From assembly GCA_022711115.1 (NCBI GenBank), contig JAKLFP010000003.1:201199-265198 (forward strand): a DNA stretch of 64,000 bases, written 5' to 3'. Position numbers and translations under genes: made by a program. Below, one piece after another: positions 45,844 through 55,891 of this stretch (position 1 is its first letter; the number at the start of each line of letters is the position of its first letter). The notes under the pieces were generated by a model. The model did not search any database and was not told the origin of the DNA. It saw nothing but the letters and a program-made list of their open reading frames with translations. This DNA is from Candidatus Omnitrophota bacterium (GTDB lineage: Bacteria > Omnitrophota > Omnitrophia > Omnitrophales > Aquincolibacteriaceae).

Positions 45844-47027
45844 AAAAATTTCCAAGAGCAAGAGCTCAACGAGGGTTTATTCTTGTTTCTGTTTATCTGG
45901 TCATTACAGGTCTTTCGATCGCGTCGGTGGCCTATTTCGCCAGAAGCAACGCCTTTCTGCAATCTGCCGAACGTGACCGAAACAGACTGATTGCTTTTAA
46001 TATGGCTGAAACGGCCGTCGATGTTGCTCTCACTCAGCTGAACATGAATAAAAGCTACACGGGAACCAACGGCTATGTTCCGTTTGACACGACTTCGGTG
46101 CCCGGAGGTTATTCGGTGGTAGTCACCACGCCCAACGGCAACCCGAGTATCCGAGTGATTCAAGCTTCAGGATTTGCTCCGGATAATACTGCAACATCCC
46201 GTGCCGCCCAAAGCGCAAACATTATCGCGTATGCCGAGATCCAGCCAAATCCTCTTTTTAATTTTGCGGTCTTTGCAAAAGATTCCATCAGCTTGACCAG
46301 CAGCGGCAGTGTTGCAAGCGTGGATAGTTACAACTCAACCAATGGCGCCTACAATCCTGCTACTGCCGGGAGTAATGGGCACATCGCTGCAAATTCCATT
46401 ACCCTCGACACGATTTCCCTTTCTGGAAATACTTTGGTTAAAGGAGACGCCTTTGTCGGTCCTGGAGGGGATCCTGACATGGGAATTAAGATTGGTCCGA
46501 ATTCGAGCATCACAGGCACCAAATCGGTATTACCCGCACCCATTGTTTATCAGCCTATCACTACAACGCTTCCGGTTTCCGGTGCAATCAGCATCAGCGG
46601 AAATACTGTGCAAAATCTGCTTCCGGGCACTTATCATTTTTCGTCTATCAGTATTACCGGACAGGCTTTGCTCAATATTACGGGGGCCGTAAAGATTTAC
46701 GTGGACGGTCCAGTGGACATCAGCGGACAAGGCATTGCCACCGCGGGCAATCTTCCGACTAATTTTCTTCTTTATGCCAGTGGAACCGACACGGTAAAAA
46801 TTAACGGCCAAGGAAACCTTTATGCAGGCATCTATGCCCCCAATGCGGTGGTAGAAAACGTTGGAAACGCCGCCTTTCTCGGCGCGGCAATCGCCAGTGA
46901 TTACAAACAGACCGGCAATAGCACCATCCACTTTGATGAAGCGCTCATGACGGTACAGAACGATGAGTTCGCTAAGATGAAAGTCAAGTCATGGCAGGAA
47001 TTGAACAGCTTGACTTGGGGGACTTAA
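45840..47027 (+). CDS. PilX-like N-terminal domain protein with Gly/Asn/Thr-rich beta-helix-like repeats (putative pilus tip/adhesin), paralog 1
   Basis: The N-terminal segment is QRGFILVSVYLVITGLSIASVAYF. The repetitive segment is G-N-T...I-x-G. The last 11 aa are identical to paralog 2. Confidence 0.5.
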   Translation: MKKFPRARAQRGFILVSVYLVITGLSIASVAYFARSNAFLQSAERDRNRLIAFNMAETAVDVALTQLNMNKSYTGTNGYVPFDTTSVPGGYSVVVTTPNGNPSIRVIQASGFAPDNTATSRAAQSANIIAYAEIQPNPLFNFAVFAKDSISLTSSGSVASVDSYNSTNGAYNPATAGSNGHIAANSITLDTISLSGNTLVKGDAFVGPGGDPDMGIKIGPNSSITGTKSVLPAPIVYQPITTTLPVSGAISISGNTVQNLLPGTYHFSSISITGQALLNITGAVKIYVDGPVDISGQGIATAGNLPTNFLLYASGTDTVKINGQGNLYAGIYAPNAVVENVGNAAFLGAAIASDYKQTGNSTIHFDEALMTVQNDEFAKMKVKSWQELNSLTWGT

Positions 47028-47031
47028 TCCA

Positions 47032-48222
47032 ATGTCCATCATACGAGGAAGTTCAAAAATCCCTCGTAACGAACAGGGTTTTATATTAGTGGCTGTTTAT
47101 TTGGTGGTGATGGCGCTTTCGATAGGATCTTTTAGTCATTTTGAGCGCAGTAACGTCTTTTTCCAAGCGGCAGAAAGGGATCGCAACAAAGTTATCGCGT
47201 TTAATATGGCAGAAACTGCTTTGGATGTTGCGCTAGCTCAACTCGCATCAGATAAAAACTATTCCGGAACCAACGGTTATGTTTCGTTTGATACCCCGTC
47301 TTTCCCCGGCGGCTATAGCATTGCCATCACCACGCCAGACAATCATCCGAATATTCGAACGGTTCAAGCAACAGGATTCGCTCCGGATAACACCATGACT
47401 TCCCGCGCCGCCCAACGATCAAGTATCGTTGCTTATGCTAAAATTCAGGCAAATCCCCGCTTTAATTTTGCCGTATTCGCAGAGGATAGTGCCCGCTTTA
47501 CGGGAAATGCAGAAGTCGATAGCTATAATTCAAATAATGGCAACTATGGCGGTACTAACAAAGCAGATGAGGGGGATGTAGGCACAAACAGCATCGTGGC
47601 AGGATCCGTCACTTTAAATGGCAATGCCACTATTAAAGGAGATGTATCCATTGGTCCCGCTGGAAATCCCAATACAGCCATTGCTACGTCAGGCAATGCG
47701 ATGATTACTGGTACCAGAACCGCAGCATCACAACTCACCGAGATTCCGGTTGCTTCCACCAATATTGTTTCTTCAGGAGCTCTAAGCATCAGTGGGAATA
47801 ATACGGTTACTTTAATGCCCGGCGCATACCGTTATGCTTCTCTGAAAATTACGGGGAATGGTCAGCTTAATCTCGCGGGGGCTGTAACCATCTATGTGGA
47901 TGGAAGCGTGGATATTGCTGGAAATGGTATCGCCACATCGGCCAATAAACCTCCCAACTTCCTACTTTACGTGACCACTGCCACTACTGTTAAAATTGCC
48001 GGCAACGGGGATCTTTACGCGGGTATTTATGCTCCCACTTCGGATATCAAAAATACAGGCAATGGAACTATTTATGGAGCTGCCGTCGGTAAAACCTATG
48101 ATCAAACTGGAAACGGTGCTATTCATTTTGATGAGGCTCTGAAACAAGTGCAGGGAGACGGTGGAGGAAAACTCAAAGTCACTGCATGGCAGGAATTGAA
48201 CAGCTTGACTTGGGGGACTTAA
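47032..48222 (+). CDS. PilX-like N-terminal domain protein, paralog 2
   Basis: The architecture is the same as 45840..47027. The final 38 nt of coding DNA are identical between the two copies. Confidence 0.5.
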   Translation: MSIIRGSSKIPRNEQGFILVAVYLVVMALSIGSFSHFERSNVFFQAAERDRNKVIAFNMAETALDVALAQLASDKNYSGTNGYVSFDTPSFPGGYSIAITTPDNHPNIRTVQATGFAPDNTMTSRAAQRSSIVAYAKIQANPRFNFAVFAEDSARFTGNAEVDSYNSNNGNYGGTNKADEGDVGTNSIVAGSVTLNGNATIKGDVSIGPAGNPNTAIATSGNAMITGTRTAASQLTEIPVASTNIVSSGALSISGNNTVTLMPGAYRYASLKITGNGQLNLAGAVTIYVDGSVDIAGNGIATSANKPPNFLLYVTTATTVKIAGNGDLYAGIYAPTSDIKNTGNGTIYGAAVGKTYDQTGNGAIHFDEALKQVQGDGGGKLKVTAWQELNSLTWGT

Positions 48223-48242
48223 TGAATGAAGGGTGTAGGGGT

Positions 48243-48310
48243 GAAATTTAGGGTATAGGGAAAATAACAACAATCATCTATGGCCATTCGCTATACCCTC
48301 TCCCCTGGCC
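48243..48310. terminator. putative bidirectional terminator/stem-loop between convergent genes
   Basis: The imperfect long hairpin aggggtgaaatttagggtatag...ctataccctctcccct is followed by ccctatttttttt. Confidence 0.35.
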
Positions 48311-48661
48311 CTATTTTTTTTCTTCCCAAACGCATAACTTCGGAAATTGTAAAAATCCTTCCCACTTAAGGTAAGAAACTCCCAGATAAGTTTTCCCGGT
48401 CGCTTTTTCGAGGAACCGGAAAACCCCGGGCGCCAGATCAGCGATTTTGGTGTATTTTTCACCTTTCGGAATCTCACCCATCGGAATATGAGTAGCGCCG
48501 TGACAGTCTTTGCAGAATTTATCGTTTACCATGAAACTATAGGCCCGAAAATAAAACTGATTCGCAGGATGGTTTTTGTCAATACCGGGAATATCCTTAG
48601 GCGACGGCGCACAACCGGCCATGAACACAACCGTAAGCATCCAAAAGATTTGATGCTTCAT
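48311..48661 (-). CDS. small lipoprotein with c-type heme-binding motif (CxxCH)
   Basis: The lipobox is LTVVFMAGC. A single CKDCHG motif is present. Confidence 0.4.
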   Translation of the reverse strand: MKHQIFWMLTVVFMAGCAPSPKDIPGIDKNHPANQFYFRAYSFMVNDKFCKDCHGATHIPMGEIPKGEKYTKIADLAPGVFRFLEKATGKTYLGVSYLKWEGFLQFPKLCVWEEKK

Positions 48662-48737
48662 TTTCCACCTTCATGCGCCTTTTAAAAAGGCAACGCGGAT
48701 TAGCGGATTATTGGACTCCCGTTTTATTTTTTAAAAA

Positions 48738-50129
48738 CTACCAATTCCCCGTTTTTTGCAATTTGGGTTGAGGGTGATGCCGGATGGCAGCGATTGCTTC
48801 CTGGAGAAGCGATTCCGGGAGTGACGAATCCTTGAGTTCTCCGTTCAGGAACTTTTCATAACCGCTCAAGTCCATGAGGCCATGCCCGCTATAACAAAAG
48901 AGGATGTTTTTCTGCTTCCCTTCTTCACGCGCTTTGACCGCTTCCTCAATCGTGCAGGCAATCGCATGACTCGTTTCAGGAGCGCAGATAGCCCCTTCCG
49001 TCCTGGCCCAAAGCAACGCAGCTTCATAACATTTCACCTGATCGATCGCCTGCGGCTCCAGGAGCCCTTCGATGACACCCTGACTCACCAGCGGCGCCAT
49101 GCCGTGATAGCGCAAACCGCCGGCATGGATCGGCTCCGGAATGAAAGAATGTCCGAGCGTGTGCATGGGAAGCAGCGGGGTCATGCGTGCCACATCGCCA
49201 AAATCGTAGGAAAAAGGACCGCGCGTCAATGTGGGGCAGGCCGTCGGTTCCACGGGAATAATTTTGATCTTTGCTCCGTGGATTTTTTCGCACACAAAGG
49301 GAAACGAAATGCCGGCAAAATTACTGCCGCCCCCCGCACATCCGATCACAATATCCGGATTCTTGATACCTGCCATTTTTAGCTGCTTCTGCGCTTCGAG
49401 CCCGATAATGGTCTGATGAAGCATCACATGATTGAGCACACTACCCAAACAATAGCGTGTCTTCCCGCTCGGGTCCATGACCGCTTCCTCAATGGCTTCG
49501 CTAATAGCAATCCCAAGGCTGCCCGGCGTTCGTGGGTCTTTTTTGAGGACCTCGCGCCCCGCACGGGTTTCATGACTCGGACTCGCGACACAATTGGCAC
49601 CCCAAACTCGCATCATGATTTTGCGAAACGGTTTTTGATCAAAACTGATCCGGACCATGAATACTTTGCATTCAAGGCCAAGAAGCTGGCTGGCAAAAGC
49701 AATCGCACTGCCCCACTGACCGGCCCCGGTTTCAGTCGTAAGTTTCTTGATCCCGAACTGTTTGTTATACCAAGCTTGAGCTACGGCAGTATTGGGTTTA
49801 TGACTTCCGGCCGGGCTGAGACTTTCATCTTTGTAATAGATATGGGCCGGCGTTTTAAGATATTGCTCCAGATACACTGCGCGTTTGAGCGGGGCAGGAC
49901 GCCACCGGTAAAGCAATTCGAGCACTTCTTCCGGGATATCAATCCATCGCTCGGTACTCACCTCTTGTTCAATCAAGTTCATGGGAAATACTTTTTCGAG
50001 CATATCCGGAGAAATGGGCTTTCCGTCCGGGCCGAGCGGCGGCTGCAACGGTGTCGGAAGGTCCGCGGCCAGGTTATACCATCTTTTCGGAATATCTCTA
50101 TCGCTCAGCGTCACCTTGATTTCTTTCAC
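48738..50129 (-). CDS. TrpB2-type tryptophan synthase beta subunit-like PLP-dependent enzyme
   Basis: The PLP lysine lies in the context SLSPAGSHKPNTA. The protein is 463 aa with the typical TrpB2 N-terminal extension. Confidence 0.85.
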   Translation of the reverse strand: MKEIKVTLSDRDIPKRWYNLAADLPTPLQPPLGPDGKPISPDMLEKVFPMNLIEQEVSTERWIDIPEEVLELLYRWRPAPLKRAVYLEQYLKTPAHIYYKDESLSPAGSHKPNTAVAQAWYNKQFGIKKLTTETGAGQWGSAIAFASQLLGLECKVFMVRISFDQKPFRKIMMRVWGANCVASPSHETRAGREVLKKDPRTPGSLGIAISEAIEEAVMDPSGKTRYCLGSVLNHVMLHQTIIGLEAQKQLKMAGIKNPDIVIGCAGGGSNFAGISFPFVCEKIHGAKIKIIPVEPTACPTLTRGPFSYDFGDVARMTPLLPMHTLGHSFIPEPIHAGGLRYHGMAPLVSQGVIEGLLEPQAIDQVKCYEAALLWARTEGAICAPETSHAIACTIEEAVKAREEGKQKNILFCYSGHGLMDLSGYEKFLNGELKDSSLPESLLQEAIAAIRHHPQPKLQKTGNW

Positions 50130-50758
50130 TATTTTTTCCTTTCTATTTGAGTGGGTCCCAAAAATAAAAAATCGATGAGAAACAAAGCCCCTATTAAAAC
50201 AGCTTTCCCCGCTACATCCGCATTAAAAGGAAACACAATCCCGAAATGATCGTGCTTCATGATCCCTTCTTCGACCGTGCTTGTCGGTCTTTTTGAGATT
50301 TTTCCCGTCACTTCATTGGCTTTATAAATATGGAATATTTCCGGATCGTTCAGATGTTCTCTGACTTCATACATTTCTTGCCCCGCGGCATTCAGGATCT
50401 GATAGCGATACATCACGGGTTGTTTTGCTTTTGTTTTTATTTTTATTTTTTTAACCAAACCTAAAAAATTCTCCGATTCGCCTGAAACCTCCATTTCGTC
50501 CCGGAAAAAACCGATTTTTTTTTGGTAATACAAAACTTGCTTGCCCTTTTTATCCAAAACATGGAGCGTGTATGATTTGCCGGCGCTCAACGTTTCTATG
50601 GCAGGCACCGACTTCTTGAAAGGCGCCACATAAAAAACCTCTTCGTCCATGATGCCGGTCAGACAGAAAATGGGTTTCCACTCCGCCGTCGACGGCAAAC
50701 TGGTATATTCTTTTTTTTCACGTATCGCCAATGAATCAAGCTCTTTAAGCATTTCCAT
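50129..50758 (-). CDS. hypothetical protein (stop overlaps trpB2-like start)
   Basis: The ORF is 209 aa. Its C-terminus is hydrophobic. I recognise no motifs. Confidence 0.35.
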   Translation of the reverse strand: MEMLKELDSLAIREKKEYTSLPSTAEWKPIFCLTGIMDEEVFYVAPFKKSVPAIETLSAGKSYTLHVLDKKGKQVLYYQKKIGFFRDEMEVSGESENFLGLVKKIKIKTKAKQPVMYRYQILNAAGQEMYEVREHLNDPEIFHIYKANEVTGKISKRPTSTVEEGIMKHDHFGIVFPFNADVAGKAVLIGALFLIDFLFLGPTQIERKK

Positions 50759-51034
50759 GTTTTTATCAGCCTTAATAAGTTTTATTGAAGCAACGCTGCT
50801 TACGAAAAATCAATCGCCGGATTTGATCTGCCATTGAAATAATTTTTAAAAGGTTGCAAGCTGCGAACGAATGCGCCATGGCTTTTAAAACGCCCGGCAC
50901 GCGTCCTGAATTTGTTTTGATGGCATGAAAGAATTTTTTGGCATTTCTATATTTTTTCCAAGACCCAATGATTGAATCCGTCTCATGGCTTCTCTTTCTT
51001 TGATAAAATACGGCGAATGTCATTCTATCTTCTA

Positions 51035-51865
51035 TCAAGACATTCGCAAATAGCGGCGTGCCATAGCGATCAGGAAAAGAGGGGTAAATAAAATCCCGGA
51101 CAAGGCCTCGGCCGCAGCAATACCTCGGACCCATCCCATCGGCAAATAATCACCGTACCCGACTGTCGTATAGGTGATCATACTCAAATAAAGTGATTCG
51201 CCGAATCCGATTTTCTGGACAAACCCTCCCGTTAAAATCATTCCTGAAAAGTGGTAAAAAAGCGCGCTAAAAAAAATAACACCGGCTGCGAGGCCTAAAA
51301 CACGGAACGGCTTTTCCCCATAGCCCCAAATAAAACCATGCAAGGAACCCAAAAACCATTTGGAAAAAATCAAAAACCTCTCTTTAAAAGAAATACCCGA
51401 AAGATGAATGGCTTCAGGACCTTGACCTGCGCTTCCTTGGGTAAAAGTCTTCCAGAGGCGCATCAGCCGCGCATCCTGGGATCGGATATAGCAATAAGAA
51501 TATTTTCTGAAGTCTCCTTCTTTCTCATAAAGAAGTGCGGCTTCATGAAAAAGCGTTTCCGTATAGGCGTAATCTTTGGCCTCGAAGGCCTGGATCGCGG
51601 CAAGTTCATTGCGGGTCGCGGCATTACGGAGCGGCTGCCAACCAGTATGGATATTCCAACAAGCCGCCGCAGAGGCATAACAAGCAGCGGCTTTCCTATG
51701 TTCTCCGAGATCCTGGTACTTCTTTGCGGCACGTTCAAATGCCTGAAAGGCTTGATCTATTTTGCCTTCCGCCCGAAGCCTGTGGGCTTCGCGCTCCATG
51801 GCAATCGTAGATTCCATTTTTGATATAGGTTCACTCGGAATGATATTCAAAGTTTTAAAATCCAT
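51035..51865 (-). CDS. two-TM potassium channel (Ion_trans_2) with N-terminal soluble helical-repeat domain
   Basis: The selectivity filter TTVGYGD is flanked by two TM helices. Confidence 0.7.
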   Translation of the reverse strand: MDFKTLNIIPSEPISKMESTIAMEREAHRLRAEGKIDQAFQAFERAAKKYQDLGEHRKAAACYASAAACWNIHTGWQPLRNAATRNELAAIQAFEAKDYAYTETLFHEAALLYEKEGDFRKYSYCYIRSQDARLMRLWKTFTQGSAGQGPEAIHLSGISFKERFLIFSKWFLGSLHGFIWGYGEKPFRVLGLAAGVIFFSALFYHFSGMILTGGFVQKIGFGESLYLSMITYTTVGYGDYLPMGWVRGIAAAEALSGILFTPLFLIAMARRYLRMS

Positions 51866-51957
51866 GGGCGGTATTTTACCTTATCAGCACGTTTGCCACC
51901 AGCGACAACTTCCAGTCCCGTTCCCAAACCACGCCCTGCGGCCATCGGGAACAAGGT

Positions 51958-52605
51958 CTAACTCAATTCGTCAACACAATCCATAATAAACTTTGTCTTT
52001 TTGGCAATCATCTCGTCGGTGACTTGCTCCGGTTCAGGCGGATCAAAGTGAAAAGGCTTTCCGATCCTAAGCCCCAACTTCTTTCTTTTCATCGAAAACG
52101 AATAAGGCGGCAAAGCTTCTTCCGTTCCAAAAATCCCGATAGGGATAATGAGACATCCCGTTTTAAGCCCAAGAATGGCGGCGCTGTTTCCTATCCTTCT
52201 CTCCGGAACCGGCTTCCCTTCTCGCACGCAATCGCACCGATGCCAGGCATAGTAACCCTCCGGGAAAATAATAAGGATCCGGCCCTCCTTCAACGCATGA
52301 CTTGCTTTCACAACCGTGCCGTTCACAACAATCACCGGCCAAAGCCGGCAGAACCATTGAAGGTGTGGGTTATGATATGTTTTCTTGCCGATGACCCAGG
52401 AAACTCTGGCAAGAGTCTTTCCTTTAAGAAGCCATGTCCCGATCAGTGGTACATCGAGATAACTTTGATGATTGGCAACAACGATGACAGGGCCGCCCTT
52501 TGGAAAATTTTCGGAACCTTCGACCCAAAAACCGAAGTAATGTTCTATGAGAAACGCAAGGAGTTTGGTCGCTATACGGAATATCAAGTTTCGAAAGAAT
52601 CCCAT
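51958..52605 (-). CDS. plsC: 1-acyl-sn-glycerol-3-phosphate acyltransferase (lysophospholipid acyltransferase)
   Basis: The HX4D motif VVANHQSYLD and the FPEG motif are present. Confidence 0.8.
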   Translation of the reverse strand: MGFFRNLIFRIATKLLAFLIEHYFGFWVEGSENFPKGGPVIVVANHQSYLDVPLIGTWLLKGKTLARVSWVIGKKTYHNPHLQWFCRLWPVIVVNGTVVKASHALKEGRILIIFPEGYYAWHRCDCVREGKPVPERRIGNSAAILGLKTGCLIIPIGIFGTEEALPPYSFSMKRKKLGLRIGKPFHFDPPEPEQVTDEMIAKKTKFIMDCVDELS

Positions 52606-52638
52606 AAAATCCCCCTGTGGGCACCTCTTAAATGACGA

Positions 52639-54021
52639 TCACTTTTCTATATAAAGATGTGCGCTTATTTTACAAGCTATTTCTTTTGCTTGGAAGATGC
52701 AATCTGAGATCCCAAAACCATAAAAACTATTTCCGGTGAGATAAAGTCCGGGAAACAGCTTTAGTTTTTCCTGCAGGGTTGCCATCCGGCCGGCATGCCC
52801 CACCTGATACTGGGGCAATACATCCGGATAACGCTCTACAGACATGAAACAAGGCCGTGCCATAATGCCAAAAATCTTCCGCAAATCCTCCATGACCTTA
52901 GGCAGAAGCAGGTCATCTTTCACCTCAGCATTTTCCCCATGGATAAAAGCCCGCAGGTAAAGATGCTGGCCATCCGGCGTTTTGCCTAACCATTTCAGAC
53001 TCGAAAAAATATTTTTCCGATCATCCGCCGGCACGATAAACCCGAAATCCAAATTGGGATGCAGGATATCCTCGGTTTTGAAAATAACATTCACTGCTAC
53101 GATGGTACCGTAAGAGATGCCTGACAATTCCCGGAAAAGTTCGGGCATAGATCCTTTTATAAGCTTTGAGGCATCAGAGGCCGTCATCGCCAGACAGACA
53201 TCATCCGCCGGCAACATCTCCCCATGCTCCAGAATCACTTTCCATCCGGCATCGTATTCGCAACTTTGCACTTTTGAATGAGTCCTTAGCTCACAGTCCT
53301 CTAATTGCCGAACAAGCCCGTGAATAAAAGTTTCCAGACCGCCACGAAAAGTGAAAAATCTGTTTCGTTGTAAACATTTGTTTTTCTCCCGCCAGAAAGC
53401 TTTTCCCAAACTCCCGCATGTCCGCTCCGCTTTTTTAAACCCTGGGAAAACCTCCTGCACGCTTAAGGTTTCCGGATCCGCCATATAGACGCCTCGAATC
53501 AGCGGACGAATCACCTCATGGAAAAAGCCGGTGCCTAATCGCCTTCTGAAAAAATACCCAACGCTTTCGTCCGAATTTTCTTTCCGGCAAGGAATCCACG
53601 GCTCAAGCGCCATACGACATTTTGCGGCAGGGCTTAAAAGGGGCAACCGAAAAATCTCTTTTATGCTCAAAGCGGAAAAAGAAGACAAATTTTCAGGAAT
53701 CGAGAAAATTTTTTGTCCCTTTAAAATAAAAAAACGCCGGAAACACGGATTGGCCTCAAGAAGTTCACCCTGGATCCCCAGTTCCCGACAAAGTGCCAAC
53801 GCTACTTCCCCTCCTTCGCCGCTGCCGTAAAAAGCGTCAGCCCCGGCCTCTATGAGAGTGTGGCCGCACGAAAGCGTCCGGACCACGCCTCCGAAACGGT
53901 GGTTAGCCTCTAGCACTTTGATTTGTACGGAAGATTTTTCTTGCCTCGCAAAGCGCGATAGATAATAGGCTGCACTGAGGCCTGAAATCCCTCCTCCGAT
54001 GATCACAATATGCCGGCTCAT
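52639..54021 (-). CDS. protoporphyrinogen/coproporphyrinogen III oxidase (HemY/CgoX family FAD-dependent amine oxidase)
   Basis: The N-terminal FAD motif HIVIIGGGISGLSAAYYL is present. The length of 460 aa fits the family. Confidence 0.75.
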   Translation of the reverse strand: MSRHIVIIGGGISGLSAAYYLSRFARQEKSSVQIKVLEANHRFGGVVRTLSCGHTLIEAGADAFYGSGEGGEVALALCRELGIQGELLEANPCFRRFFILKGQKIFSIPENLSSFSALSIKEIFRLPLLSPAAKCRMALEPWIPCRKENSDESVGYFFRRRLGTGFFHEVIRPLIRGVYMADPETLSVQEVFPGFKKAERTCGSLGKAFWREKNKCLQRNRFFTFRGGLETFIHGLVRQLEDCELRTHSKVQSCEYDAGWKVILEHGEMLPADDVCLAMTASDASKLIKGSMPELFRELSGISYGTIVAVNVIFKTEDILHPNLDFGFIVPADDRKNIFSSLKWLGKTPDGQHLYLRAFIHGENAEVKDDLLLPKVMEDLRKIFGIMARPCFMSVERYPDVLPQYQVGHAGRMATLQEKLKLFPGLYLTGNSFYGFGISDCIFQAKEIACKISAHLYIEK

Positions 54022-54065
54022 AACAATCTCAAAGAAATGATTTTTGTTGAAATTTGATGAGGGAT

Positions 54066-54653
54066 TTAATGGACCGCTGATTTTTCGGAAACATTCTTTG
54101 CCGTATCATCGGTTTCACCACCCGCGTTACGGTGCGCGGGAATACCCGCCGTCGAATCTGACGCGGCGTCATCGGCTGCCGATTTTTCAGTAATAGAAGA
54201 TCCTTCAGGAACTAGGACGCGTATCGTCACAGGATCGCTCCAAATCGGTTCCGCCACATCTCCATTTTCACTCATACGCTTAAATCCGAGACGAAAAGTG
54301 ACGGGACCTGTTTTTTCCGGTTTGGGGATATAAAGAATGATGTTTTTTGTATAAGCCGCTCCGTTCCCGAGCGTGATTTCTTCCATGCCATTGTCGGCAC
54401 AGGTCCAAGGCTGGATCAATACACCGGCATGATCTGTCACCCAGTGTTTCTCATAAGAACAGTCATTCGTCCAAAAACCAGCAAAAACTTTATCTTGATT
54501 GATCACTTGAACGTTGACCAGAAACATCATGCCGGCTTTGACAATACGTTGATCCGGAAACGCTTTCACCGCAAGCGTTGGATCCTCGGCCTGTACACAA
54601 AAAGGCACCATAAAAAAAAGAACGGCGGATAAAAAGCCGACGCTTTTTTTCAC
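54066..54653 (-). CDS. secreted hypothetical protein
   Basis: A signal peptide is present (MKKSVGFLSAVLFFMVPFCVQA). The C-terminus is acidic and disordered. Confidence 0.4.
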   Translation of the reverse strand: MKKSVGFLSAVLFFMVPFCVQAEDPTLAVKAFPDQRIVKAGMMFLVNVQVINQDKVFAGFWTNDCSYEKHWVTDHAGVLIQPWTCADNGMEEITLGNGAAYTKNIILYIPKPEKTGPVTFRLGFKRMSENGDVAEPIWSDPVTIRVLVPEGSSITEKSAADDAASDSTAGIPAHRNAGGETDDTAKNVSEKSAVH

Positions 54654-54658
54654 AGCTT

Positions 54659-54886
54659 TTAGCTGACCTTGAGATAGGGGTATTGGTTTTTAATGCACTT
54701 CTGGAAATAAGTCCCATGCGAAGGGGCGGCCATCAGCGCATAATAAACATCGGCTGGAATATTCCGATAACGATAGACACCCCCGGCGCGAAATACGACC
54801 TCTAAAATTGATGTCGTCTGATCATAACCGATCAAAGCGATATCACGCGACCTCACGGGTTTGACGTCCATTTCAGTAACCATCAC
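54659..54886 (-). CDS. KTSC domain protein
   Basis: The pattern ALIGYDQTTSILEVVFRAGGVYRYRNIPADVYYALMAAPSHGTYF is typical of the KTSC domain. Confidence 0.65.
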   Translation of the reverse strand: MMVTEMDVKPVRSRDIALIGYDQTTSILEVVFRAGGVYRYRNIPADVYYALMAAPSHGTYFQKCIKNQYPYLKVS

Positions 54887-54917
54887 TCACCTGTTCATTT
54901 TTATAGACTAAAAAAGT

Positions 54918-55382
54918 TTAAGGATTTTCCTTTAGAGCTTTTTCAAGTTCCTGAAAAAGCTCGATAAAAACATCGCGTACTGGACGAAAATTTCCATCCG
55001 GGAATTTAAAGTACATAATCTGATTCCCCACAAGCGACCGGTAGCAGTGCTTTTTGATCCACACCACAGGATCTTCATCATGATAATTCGTCATCAAATA
55101 AGCGAACCCGAGAGGATAACAAAACGTCATGGAATATTCGCTGCCTTCATATTGAAGAATGACCGGTAACGGTCTGAAATAATTCAAGCCAAAAACAAGT
55201 TTTGCAAGATTGTTTTGAGATGTCCGAAGATATTCCTGATAGGCCTCCGTCTGTTTCACCGGAGGCAACGGGCGCGAAGAGGCGTCCGAAGAAACATCGG
55301 AAGGCCTGCGTGCAGCTCCCATGGAAACCAACGAAAGCAAAATAATAAGAGTGATAATACCGCGATTCACATGTTGTTTCAT
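54918..55382 (-). CDS. secreted hypothetical protein
   Basis: A signal peptide is present. I recognise no domain. Confidence 0.35.
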   Translation of the reverse strand: MKQHVNRGIITLIILLSLVSMGAARRPSDVSSDASSRPLPPVKQTEAYQEYLRTSQNNLAKLVFGLNYFRPLPVILQYEGSEYSMTFCYPLGFAYLMTNYHDEDPVVWIKKHCYRSLVGNQIMYFKFPDGNFRPVRDVFIELFQELEKALKENP

Positions 55383-55441
55383 AACTGAAATCTCAATTCC
55401 CGCCGTGCTTATGAAGGCATTGTTGATGCATCATACGTATA

Positions 55442-55777
55442 TTAAATCGATTCGTCAAACGTCCAATTCACCTGCAAATGATAATTCTTGATTTCTTCTT
55501 TATGGCCTTTCAATTGAAAATAGAAATTTGCGATACCTCCCTGCGCGAGCTTTTCCGGATCCGTTGCCGTGCTGATCCCCATCATGGGCACCCGGCTCCC
55601 ATTGAAGATTACTAACTGTGCCCGGATATTTTTGATGGGATGACCGATATTGTTAATCACAATCCCGCGCAACCCCGCCCCATCCGTTTCATTAAAATGG
55701 GTGCTAGCGCCTTTAATGATGACTTCGCGAGGCAATTTTTGAAAATTTTCAATTTCCGGAAAAGATTCTATTCCCAT
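55442..55777 (-). CDS. hypothetical protein
   Basis: The ORF is 111 aa with no recognisable motif. Confidence 0.3.
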   Translation of the reverse strand: MGIESFPEIENFQKLPREVIIKGASTHFNETDGAGLRGIVINNIGHPIKNIRAQLVIFNGSRVPMMGISTATDPEKLAQGGIANFYFQLKGHKEEIKNYHLQVNWTFDESI

Positions 55778-55891
55778 AACCTTTTACCACGGCATGAAAT
55801 CCCCTCCACCTTCGCTTGACTTCTCTTATTTGAGAAGCCAGGGAATCCCGCCTGGCCACCTGTTATAGGAACGGCCAAAAAACCGAATTCT

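Noticed and set aside
49416-50150. 244-aa ORF on the plus strand
   Set aside because: It is antisense to the trpB2-like gene.
50772-51134. 120-aa minus-strand ORF
   Set aside because: It overlaps the 3' end of the K+ channel gene by 100 nt in another frame. It has no motifs and is likely spurious.
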